In this document: positions 52,761 through 64,000 of the stretch, piece by piece | How positions within the stretch are numbered: position 1 is the first letter of the stretch | How the letters are laid out: every line of letters begins with the position of its first letter | Origin: the human T2T-CHM13v2.0 reference genome, Homo sapiens | Assembly (NCBI RefSeq): GCF_009914755.1 | Contig: NC_060929.1 | DNA: 64,000 bases | Direction: 5' to 3' (one strand) | Program-made: the position numbers and the translations under genes | Notes under the pieces: model-generated | Told to the model about the DNA's origin: nothing | What the model saw: only the letters and a program-made list of their open reading frames with translations | Databases searched by the model: none

Positions 52761-55700
52761 GAAATTATGTTAAGACCTGTTGGGCTCAACAAACAGAAAG
52801 ATAAGTAGTTTTCTTTACTGAAGAGCCATTCACGTATATGCTAATGTCCATTGTGAATCTTCAAGAGTGGAGGAGCACTTTCCAAAAATATTTGACCTTG
52901 GAAGACTTTTCTTTATTCAGAATATCTCTAAAAATCTCATGTTCTACAAGGAACTAAACCACAGTCAAATTTCAGTTGAAAGCTTACCTCAGTCATTCAC
53001 TCACTCCAGCACAAATCAGAGCCATGACTTTGCTAACTTGGTTGAATTCCATGAGCAATGTTATTTTGGGCCAGATCCGTAGCCAGTTGCAATATCCTAT
53101 CACTAAAAGACAGTCTATGACATAGGGTGTGCACATGTGTTTTTTAAAATGTAAAGCTCAGCTGCTCTATCAAAACATAGCCAGATGCTGCTCTAAGTGG
53201 GTTCCCAATCCTGTTCGGCCTCACTGGGTGTGACCTCCCAACCAGGGTCTCCAGCCACTTCCTATAGGTGCCTTTGGGCTGGCAACAGGTCCATTTCTCC
53301 CTGGGACAAGGTTCCCAGAGGAAGGGACAGGCTGCCATCTTTGCTGTTTCTCAGCCTTCACTGGTGACACTTCCAGGTTCTGGAAAATCCGAGGTGACTA
53401 AGGACTGGAATGGGCCCCAAGCATACCACAGCAGCCTTACGGAAAGGTGGCTAGACTGTTAAGTGAGTGCTCATTCCCATATTTCCTCACCAGCAGGTCC
53501 CCCAGGTCTGGGCCTCCAGCCACCCACCTGCCAGAGCTATCAAGCCACTACCAACTCAGCAACTCCCTGGATAGCACCTCCAGGGGCAACTGAAAGCCTC
53601 TCTGCCACTGCCTTCACAGTGGAAGTTTCCTGGCCATCCTCAGACTAATGAAGGAGGAAAGACCCTAAGTGCCTTGTCCACACCACAAACAAGCTGCAGT
53701 CAACCCAATGGCAGGAGACCAGTTTGTCTCCCATAGGTCCCACACCCCCACACAACTCATCACCGGATAGGAAACCCTTGCCTTGGGCCCACAGCACAAA
53801 CCCTCCATCCTGGGCTGACTGCGCTGAGTGATTGCTGACCTGCATTTCTCTGGGGTGGAGCCCCCAAGAGTCAAGCAAATGACCCTTGGCCACAAGTACT
53901 ATTAAGATCTCTTCCTCTGCTGCCTCTAAGCTGGGGAAGGAGCATAAACACGGAGATTGCCCCAAAGCTGCAATGGGCAGCCCAGGAGTGCCAAATCATG
54001 AACTACAGCCAGCACTTAAGAGGGAAAGGAACTCACACTTTCAGAGAACTGAGAGGGAATGTGGCTGCAACTGTGAGGAAACATGGGGGAGCCATACAAC
54101 CAAGCAAGAGTCTACCAACTGAAAAATATGCCTCAGTGTCACCTGCTGGATCACATCCCAAAGCCTCAACAACAAAAATACTTCAAACTCCCCTCTGAAA
54201 CCAGAGACAAGGAGTCAGCTTCAAATAAAGACCTTACACAAAGCCTCATCCCAGTGAAAACATCCAGAAAAGAATTGTATTGATTGTACTCAGTCTACAC
54301 AGCAGTTAAAGGAACACCCACATGCAAGGATGAGAAAGAACCAATGCAAGGAATCTGGTAACTCAAATGGCCAGATTGTCATATGTCCTCCAAATGACCA
54401 CACCTGTTCTCCAACAAGAGTTCTTAACCAGGCTAAACTGGCTGGAATGACAGAAGTAGAATTCAGAGTATGGATAGGAACAAAGATCATTGAGATTCAG
54501 GAGGTTGGCAAAACCCAGTCCAAGGAAAATGAGGATCACAATAAAGTGACACAGGAGCTGAAAGACGAAATAACCTGTATAAAAAAGACCCTAATGCGTC
54601 TGACAGAGCAGAATAGCACAATACAAGAATTTCACAATGCAATCACAAGTATTAACAGTAGAATAAACCAAGCTGAGGAAAGAATCTCAGAACTTGAAGA
54701 CTGGTTCTCTGAAATAATGCCAATCTATGAATCATTGTCATCCCTGAAAAGGAGAGGGAGAAAGCTAACAACCTGGAAAATATATTTAAGGGTATCGTCC
54801 ATGAAAACTTTCACAACCTTGCTAGAGAGGCCAACAGTCAAATTCAGGAAATACAGAGAACTCCTGAAAGATTCTACACAAGATCATCCCCAAGACACAT
54901 AATCATCAGATTTTCCAAGGTTGAAATGAAAGAAAGAATGTTAAAGGCAGCTAGAGAGAAACGGCAGGTCACCCACAAAGGGATCCCCATCAGGCTAACA
55001 GTGGACCTCTCAGCTGAAACACTACAAGCCAAAAGAGACTGGGGGCCTATATTCAACATTCTTAAAGAAAAAATGTCTTCAACCAAGAAGTTCATATCCA
55101 GCCAAACTAAGGGAAAGAAAATAAGATCCTTTTCAAACAAACAAATGTTGAGGGACTTCATTACCACCAGACATGCCTTACAAAAGAGATCTTGAAAGGA
55201 GCACTAAATTTAGAAAGGAAAGACTGCTACCAGCTAATACAAAAACATGAGCACACAGACCAGTGTCACTGTAAAGCAACCACACAAAGAAGCCAACATA
55301 ATAACCAGCTAACAGCACAATGACAGGATCAAATCCACACATATAAATACTAACCTTAAATGTAAATGGCTAAATACTCCACTTAAAAGGCACAGAGTAG
55401 CAAGCTGGATAAAAAAGCAAGCCCCAATGGTATGCCGTCTTTAAGAGACTTGTCTTACATGTAGTGACACTCACAGGCTCAAAACAAAAGGATGGAGAAA
55501 AATCTACCAAACAAATGGAAAACAGAAGAGAGCAAGGGTTGTAATCCTAATTTCAGACAAAACAGATTTCAAATCAACAAAGATCAAAAAAGACAAGGAA
55601 GGGCATTAAATAATGGTAAAATGTTCAATCCAACAAGACCTAACTCTCCTAAATGTATATGCACCCAACACAGGAACACCCAGATTCATAAAGAAAGTTC

Positions 55701-56580
55701 TTAGAGTCCTAGAAAAAGACATAGACTCCCATACAATAATAGTGAGAGACATCCACACTCTACTGTCAGTATTAGACAGATCATCGAGGCAGAAAATCAA
55801 CAAAGATATTCAGGACCTAAACTCAGCATTGGACCAAATGGATCTGATAGACCTTTACAGAAGTCTCCACCCCAAAACAACAGAATACACATTCTTCTCA
55901 TTGCCACATGACACATACTCTAAAATTGACCACATAATTGGACATAAAACAATCCTCAGCAAATGTAAAAGAACGGAAATCAGACCAAACACACTCTTGG
56001 ACCACAGAGCAATAAAAATAGAAGTCAATACAATGAAAATCACTCAAAACCACACAATTACATTAAACAGGCTCCTGAATGACTTTTGGGTAAATAATGA
56101 AATTAAGGCAGAAATCAAGAAGCTCTTTGAAAATAAGAAAAACAAAGATACAATATATCAGAATCTCTGGGATACAGCTAAGGCAGTGTTAAGAGGGAAA
56201 TTCATGGCACTAAATGCCCACGTTAAAATGTTAGAAAGATCTCAGATTATCAACCTAACTTCACAACTGAAAGAATTAGAGAAGCAAGAACAAATCAACC
56301 CCAAAGCTAGCAGAAGACAAGAAATAACAAAAATCAGAGCTGAACTAAAGGAAATCAAGTCACACAAAAAAATTCTAAAGATTAATGAATCCAGGAGTTG
56401 GTTTTTAAAAAAATTAATATAATAGGCCACTAGCTAGACTAATTTAGAGGAAAAGAGAGAAGATCCAAATAAACACAATTAGAAGTGACAAAAGGAATGT
56501 TACTACTGACTCCACAGAAATAAAAACAACCATTAAAAATGATTATGAACAACTCTACACACACAAACTAGAAAACCTAG

Positions 56581-56769
<189 letters not shown>

Positions 56770-57251
56770 TAAATGTGATTCATCATATAAATAGAACTAA
56801 AGCAAAAAAACTGCATGATTATCTCATTAGATGCAGAAAGGCTTTTGATAAAATTCAGCATCCCTTCATGTTAAAAAAAACTCTCACTAAACTAGGTATT
56901 GAAGAAACATACCTCAACATAATAAGAGCCATCTATGACAAATCCAGAGCCAACATTAAACTGAATGGACAAAAGCCTAAAGCATTCCTCTTGAAAACTG
57001 GCACAAGACAAGGATGCCCTCTTTCACCACTTCTATTCAACATGTTATTGAAGTCCTAGCCAGAGCAATTAGGCAAGAGAAAGAAATAAAGGGTATCCAA
57101 ATAGGAAGAGAGGAAGTCAAATTATCTCTCTGTGTAGATGACATGATTCTATATTTAGAAAACCCCAGAGTCTCAGCTCAATAGCTCCACCAGCTGATAA
57201 ACAACTTTAGCAAATTTTGGGATACAAAATCAATGTACAAAAATCACTAGC

Positions 57252-57546
<295 letters not shown>

Positions 57547-58149
57547 CTAGCATTCCTATACATCAGCAACAACCAAACTGAGAGCCAAATCAGACAGGCA
57601 ATCTCATTCACTATTGCCAAAAACAAAATAAAATACCTAGGAATACAGCTAACCAGCCAGGTGAAAGATCTCTACAATGAGAATTAAAAAGCACTCCTCA
57701 AAGAAATCAGAGAAGACACAAACAAATGGAAAAACACCCCATACTCATGAATAGGAAGTATCAATATCATTAAAATAGCTATATTGGCCAAACCAATTTA
57801 CAGATTCAATGCTATTCCTATCAAACTACCAATGAAATTCTTCACATAACTAGAAAAAATTGTTTTAAAATTTATATAGAACCAAAAAAATAGCCCAAAT
57901 AGCCAAAGCAATCCTAAACAAAAAGAACAAAGCTGGCGGAATCACATTACCTGACTTCAAACTATACTACAAGGCTACAGTGACCAAAACAGCATGACAC
58001 TGGTATAAAAACAGGCACAAAGACCAATGGAACAGAATAAAGAGCCCAGAAATAAGGCCGCACATCTATGACTATCAGATCTTTGACAAAGCTGATGAAG
58101 ACAAGCAATGGGGAAAAGACTCTGTGTTCAATAAGTGGTGCCAGGATAA

Positions 58150-58272
<123 letters not shown>

Positions 58273-58409
58273 TAGGCAATATCATCCTGGACCTAGGCAT
58301 GGGCAAAGATTTCACAACAAAGACACCAAAAGCAATTGCAACAAAAGCAAAAATTGAAAAATGGCATCTAACTAAACTTAAGAGCTTCTGCACAGGAAAA
58401 GAAAGTATC

Positions 58410-58715
58410 GGCCAGTTGCGGTGGCTCATGCCTGTAATCCCAGCACTTTGGAAGGCCGAGGTGGGTGGATCACGAGGTCAGGAGATCGAGACCATCCTGG
58501 CTAACACGGTGAAACCCATTCTTTACTAAAAATACAAAAAAAAATTAGCCAGGCGTGGTGGTGGGCGCCTGTAGTCCCAGCTACTAGGGAGGCTGAGGCA
58601 GGAGAATGGCATGAACCCAGGGGGGCGGAGCTTGCAGTGAGCTGAGATCAAGCCACCGCACTCCAGCCTGGGAGACAGCAAGACTCCGTCTCAAAAAAAA
58701 AAAAAAAAAAAAAGA
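58410..58715 (+). mobile_element. AluY
   Basis: Dimer; TSD aaaagaaa(g/c)tatc. Confidence 0.95.
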
Positions 58716-59979
58716 AAAAGAAACTATCAACGGAGTGAAGAGACAACCTACAGGATGGGAGAAAATTTTTGCAAACTACGCATCTGACAAAGGTCTAATG
58801 TCCAGCATCTATAAGAGATAAACAAACAACCCCATTAAAAAGTGGGCAAAGGACATGAACAGACACTTCTCAAAAGAAGATGTACATGCAGCCAACAACC
58901 ATATGAAAAAAAGCTCAATATCACTGATCATTAGAGAAATGTAAATCAAAACCACAATGAGATACCATCTCACACCAGTCAGAATCGCTATTATTAAGAA
59001 GTCAAAAAATAACAAATGCTGGTGATGTTGCAGAGAAAATGGAATGCTTATACACTGTTGGTGGGAGTGTAAATTAATTCAACCATTGTGGAAAACAGTA
59101 TGTCAATTCCTAAAGAGCTAAAAGCAGAACTACTATTTGACCCAGCAATCCCATTACTGGGTATATACCTAGAGGAATATAAAGCATTCTACCATAAAGA
59201 CACATGCACGTGAATGTTCATTGCAGCACTGTTCACCATAGTAAAGACATGGAATCAACCTAAATGCCCATCAATGACAGACTGGATAAAGAAAATGTGG
59301 TACATATACACCCTGGAATACTACACAGCCATAAAAAAGAACAAGATCATGTCTTTTGCAGGAACATAGATGGAGCTGGAGACTATCATCCTTAGCAAAC
59401 TAATACAGGAACAGAAAACCAAATACTGCATGTTCTCATTTATAAGTGGGAGCTAAATGATAAGAACTTATGAACACAAAGAAAAGAACAACAGACACTG
59501 TGGTCTACTTGAGAGGGAAAGGTGGGAGGAGGGAGAGGAGCAGAAAGGTAAGTATTGGGTATTGAGCTTAGTACCTGGGTGATATAATAATATGTACAAC
59601 AAACCTCCTGTGACATGTGTTTATTTATGTTACAAACCTTCACACATACGTCCAAACCTAAGTTTAAGAAAGCAAAGCTCATAAAATAATGCATAAATAA
59701 TTACTGTTACTTGATTATTGAGAGTTTCATCAAGTCACAGCAGAACTGAGGATTCACAGGAGAAGGAAGAGTCTGTTAGAAAGCATAGCAGTTGGCCACA
59801 GTGACAAAATCCTTGAAATATTCAAGATGCAACTCTTATTCCGTGTCTTCCCTGAAGAGTCTTTTACGAATCTATCACCAAGAAATTTATCTACATTTTG
59901 GATCATCTTGGGGGTACTATAGTGTTAATGCTATGATGTTAAATGAATTACTTATGTTTATATGAGCATAAATGATATT

Positions 59980-60327
59980 TGTCTTAGTCTGTTCAGGCTA
60001 CTAGAACAAAATACCTTAGATTGGATAATTTGTAAACAACAGAAATGTATTTCTCATAGTTCTGGAGACCGGGAAGTCTAAGATGAAGGCACCAGTAGAT
60101 TAGATGTTGGGCGAAGGCTTGTTGTCTGCTTTCTAGATGGTACCTTGTTGCTGTGTCCTCACATGTCAGAAGGGGCCAGGAGGCTTCCTCAAGCCTCTTT
60201 TATAAGGGCACTAATTTTGTTCAAGTGGGTGGAGACCACTAAAGGTCCCACCTCTTAATACTATCACATTGGGTGTTAGGTTACAATATATGAATTTGGG
60301 GAGGACACACACATTCAAACCATAGCA
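59980..60327 (-). mobile_element. MSTC/MSTD-like MaLR solo LTR
   Basis: tgtcttagtctgttcaggct...attcaaaccatagca; 5 bp TSD ATATT. Confidence 0.88.
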
Positions 60328-60458
60328 ATATTTTTAAAGTCTTAAAGGAATGCTAAAGTATTTATTTAGGTTGATGTTTCTGATACAAAGAGGTTCAAAC
60401 TAAAATAGAATAATTGATATCTCTTGATTTGCATCTGGTGTAGCAAGAACTTTTTTTT

Positions 60459-61080
60459 ATATTGATAGGTTTATTTTTATTAATGTGTGTATTTTCCATT
60501 TCTGATGCTTTTCATTTCTTCCTGTGGATTTGAGTATATCTCAATATTATTCCCTTTCAGCTTGAAAGACTTGATTTAGACATGTAAGGCAGGTCTCCTA
60601 GCAGTAAATTCTGTCAGTCTTTGTTTATCTGAGAATGTCTTTGTTTTACCTTCACTTTTTAAGGATAGTTTTGCTGGATATAAAATTGTTCATTGACAGT
60701 TATTTCTCTAACAGCCCTGATATGCCCTCCATTGTTTAAGAAGAGGAGTCAGCCATTAATAGTATTGATGCTTTCCTATAAACAATGAGTCCTTTTTCTC
60801 TTACCAATTTTCAAAATTTTCTCTCTGTCTTTGGCTTTCAACAGTTTATGATGTGTCTCTGTATGGATATCTTTGCATTTATCTTACTAGGGGTTCATTT
60901 TGCTTCTTGGATGTATAGATTAATGTTTTTCATCAAATAAGGGGAAGTTTTAGTAATTATTTCTTCAAATATTTCCCTGCAACCTCTCTCTTCTTTTTCT
61001 CTGGTTTCTCTCTTTCTCCTCTCCTGGAGCCTTTATTATATGTTTGTTGTTGGGCTTAATGTTGTCCCACTCTCAGTCAG
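60459..61080 (-). mobile_element. Old L1M ORF1-region fragment, probably SVA 3'-transduced
   Basis: 'ctttgtttatctgagaatgtcttt...aaggatagttttgctggatataaaatt'; lies inside the SVA's apparent TSD pair. Confidence 0.7.
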
Positions 61081-62580
61081 TTTCTTTTCTTTTCTTTTTT
61101 TTTTAGTATTTATTGATCATTCTTGGGTGTTTCTCAGAGAGGGGGATTTGGCAGGGTCATAGGACAATAGTGAAGGGAAGGTCAGAAGATAAACATGTGA
61201 ACAAGGGTCTCTGGTTTTCCTAGGCAGAGGACCCTGCGGCCTTCCGCAGTGTTTGTGTCCCTGGGTACTTGAGCTTAGGGAGTGGTGATGACTCTTAACG
61301 AGCATGCTGCCTTCAAGCATCTGTTTAACAAAGCACATCTTGCACCGCCCTTAATCCATTTAACCCTGAGTTGACACAGCACATGTTTCAGAGAGCACGG
61401 GGTTGGGGGTAAGGTTATAGATTAACAGCATCCCAAGGCAGAAGAATTTTTCTTAGTACAGAACAAAATGGAGTCTCCCATGTCTACTTCTTTCTACACA
61501 GACACAGTAACAATCTGATCTCTCTTTCTTTTCCTCACATTTCCCCCTTTTCTATTTGACAAAACCGCCATCGTCATCATGGCCCGTTCTCAATGAGCTG
61601 TTGGGTACACCTCCCAGATGGGGTGGCGACCGGGCAGAGGGGCTCCTCAGTTCCCAGACCGGGTGGCCGGGCAGGGGCTGCCCCCACCTCCCTCCTGGAC
61701 GGGGCGGCTGGCCTGGCGGGGGCTGCCCCCCACCTCCCGGACGGGGCGGCTGCCGGGCGGAGGGGCTCCTCACTTCCCAGACGGGGTGGCTGCAGGGCGG
61801 AGGGGCTCCTCAGTTCTCAGACGGGGCAGCCGGGAAGAGAAGCTTCTCACCTCCCAGATGGGGTGGCGGTCGGGCAGAGACACTCCTCAGTTCCCAGACG
61901 GGGTCGCAGCCGGGCAGAGGCACTCCTCACATCCCAGACGGGGCGGCGGGGCAGTGGCGCTCCCCACATCTCAGACTATGGGCGGCTGGGCAGAGACCCT
62001 CCTCACTTCCTAGGTGGGATGGCGGCCGGGAAGAGGCGCTCCTCACTTCCCAGACTGGGCTGCTGGGCAGAGGGGCTCCTCACATCCCAGACGATGGGTG
62101 GCCAGGCAGAGATGCTCCTCACTTCCCAGACGGGGTGGCGGATGGGCAGAGGCTACAATCTCGGCACTTTGGGAGGCCAAGGCAGGCGGCTGGGAGGTGG
62201 AGGTTGTAGCAAGCCGAGATCACGCCACTGCACTCCAGCCTGGGCAACATTGAGCACTGAGTGAGCGAGACTCCATCTGCAATCCCGGCACCTCGGAAGG
62301 CCGAGGCAGGCAGATCACTCGCGGTCAGGAGCTGGAGACCAGCCCGGCCAACACGGTGAAACCCCGTCTCCACCAAAATATACAAAACCAGTCAGGCGTG
62401 GCGGCACGTGCCTGCAATCCCAGGCACTGGGCAGGCTGAGGCAGGAGAATCAGGCAGGGAGGTTGCAGTGAGCAGAGATGGCGGCAGTACAGTCCAGCCT
62501 CGCTCGGCATCAGAGGGAGACAGTGGAGAGGGAGAGGGAGAGGGAGGGGGAGGGGGAGGGAGAGAGGGAGAGGGAGAGGG
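61081..62580 (-). mobile_element. SVA (SVA_A-like), full length
   Basis: Poly-T, SINE-R with old-subfamily characters (rc 'caataaatactaaa', 'gttaatctataacc', 'gtgtcaactc'), VNTR, Alu-like domain, (AGAGGG)n. Confidence 0.96.
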
Positions 62581-62794
62581 AGAACTTTTTTTGATAGGAC
62601 TAAAAGACTGCCTACTCTGTATCCACGAGGCCAGAGAGGAAGAAGCCACTAGTCTATCACCACGCCAGACCAATTCTAGCCATAGGTTGAGCCAGATCAG
62701 AACTGGGGTGACTTAAAGAACAATGGCATGTATTACTTTCATCAATTTTATCGACTTGGTCATCTTTCACAGAGCCGTGAGCTACTTATATCTA

Positions 62795-62962
62795 AAATTA
62801 GAAATAGAAGGTATTTAGAGATCATTTAGTGCAAATGCTTATATTAGAAACCAGGAGGCTGAGGCCTAGAAAGTTTTTATAGGATGCTGTAAGGGTTGCT
62901 TCAGGACCAGAGGGCAGTATCTTTGAGAAGCAGACTTTCAAACTTTCGAACATTTTCCACCA
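62795..62962 (-). mobile_element. MIR3/MIRc fragment
   Basis: 'tagaaatagaaggtatttagagatcatttagt...ggaggctgaggcctaga'. Confidence 0.6.
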
Positions 62963-63507
62963 CATCAATAAATAGTTGTTTCTGATAGAGCAGATTTTTT
63001 TGTGGGCTCTTATAGCTAGCTAAACCTACATACTTATCTTGCTTTTATCATAAAATGGCTAGATATAGAAAAAATATGGAAAGGTACAGAGGTAACTTTG
63101 GCAAGAGATGCAAAGCAGACAGGAGAAAGCTTGAGGTGATACTTTGAGTCTGTACATACATAAAATAGCTCCGTGCTGTGAGTAATGGTCTTCCCAAATG
63201 AGTGCCTCTCAGATACCTGGGTCACAGAGTGAGGCGCCAGTCCAGAGCAATATGTTCTAGTAACAATCTACTTCCCTCAAGACTTCTGGACAGGATGTAC
63301 AAGCATGCTAAAGACTATCACTCCTTTGGTAACAATGAAAACAAACAAAATAAGAAATATGCTTTGATACAGGGAAAAAGGAGTAAGATGGATGCAATAA
63401 ACCCTTGATGAACTTAATTCTAAGAGAAATAAGCTTTTTATAGGTGAGCAGGGAGCCATGACAGCTTCCATACCTAGGCATGCACCTGGTCTGGGTACAG
63501 GTAGTAA

Positions 63508-63851
<344 letters not shown>

Positions 63852-64000
63852 AAAATTGGCCAAGTTTTATAGGACAACACGATGTGGCTAGAAGGACTGG
63901 ATTCTGGAACAGCCCCAAATGCAAAGACACATCACTTGGCCCAACAATTCTTCCCCTGTTTCTCATCCCCACCATGAGGTTTCCTGAGAAAAACAGCAGT

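Noticed and set aside
47580-53260. Inverted homology between 47580-47680 and 53161-53260 as one rearranged L1
   Set aside because: The two are clearly diverged and the large L1 has its own TSD core; they are separate elements.
54330-55195. L1 ORF1-like ORFs
   Set aside because: Internal deletion and frameshift; not an intact ORF1p.
55613-56422. 269 aa ORF, the longest in the window
   Set aside because: L1 ORF2 endonuclease remnant with degenerate motifs (GDFN to RDIH, SDH to LDH); the rest of ORF2 is frameshifted, deleted and Alu-interrupted.

Overview
Human (primate) non-coding genomic DNA, AT-rich and dominated by transposable elements. An AluYb8 copy, a subfamily known as human-specific, points to Homo sapiens. 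I find no credible protein-coding exon, tRNA/rRNA gene or CRISPR array. The ORF track is explained by low-complexity tracts and by Alu, SVA and L1 remnants. The only gene-derived sequence is a processed HMGN1 pseudogene (45274-46393) inserted in an old L1M. The window holds two SVAs in opposite orientation, a 6.5 kb L1PA15-17-type element, about a dozen Alus, and many LTR, MIR, L2 and DNA-transposon remnants, often nested with readable TSDs. Most notable: (i) the minus-strand SVA appears to carry a ~620 bp 3' transduction; (ii) two local templated insertions (72 bp and ~180 bp) copied from 1.8-4.3 kb upstream into old repeats without TSD or poly(A); (iii) a young, possibly polymorphic AluYb8; (iv) motif-dense candidate enhancers (MEIS/homeodomain near 38.9 kb, AP-1/ETS near 14.2 kb); (v) a CpG-retaining orphan L1 5'UTR fragment. 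I see no evidence of a wholly new biological system. Repeat subfamily names come from recalled consensus sequences and need RepeatMasker/Dfam confirmation; boundaries without TSDs are approximate.
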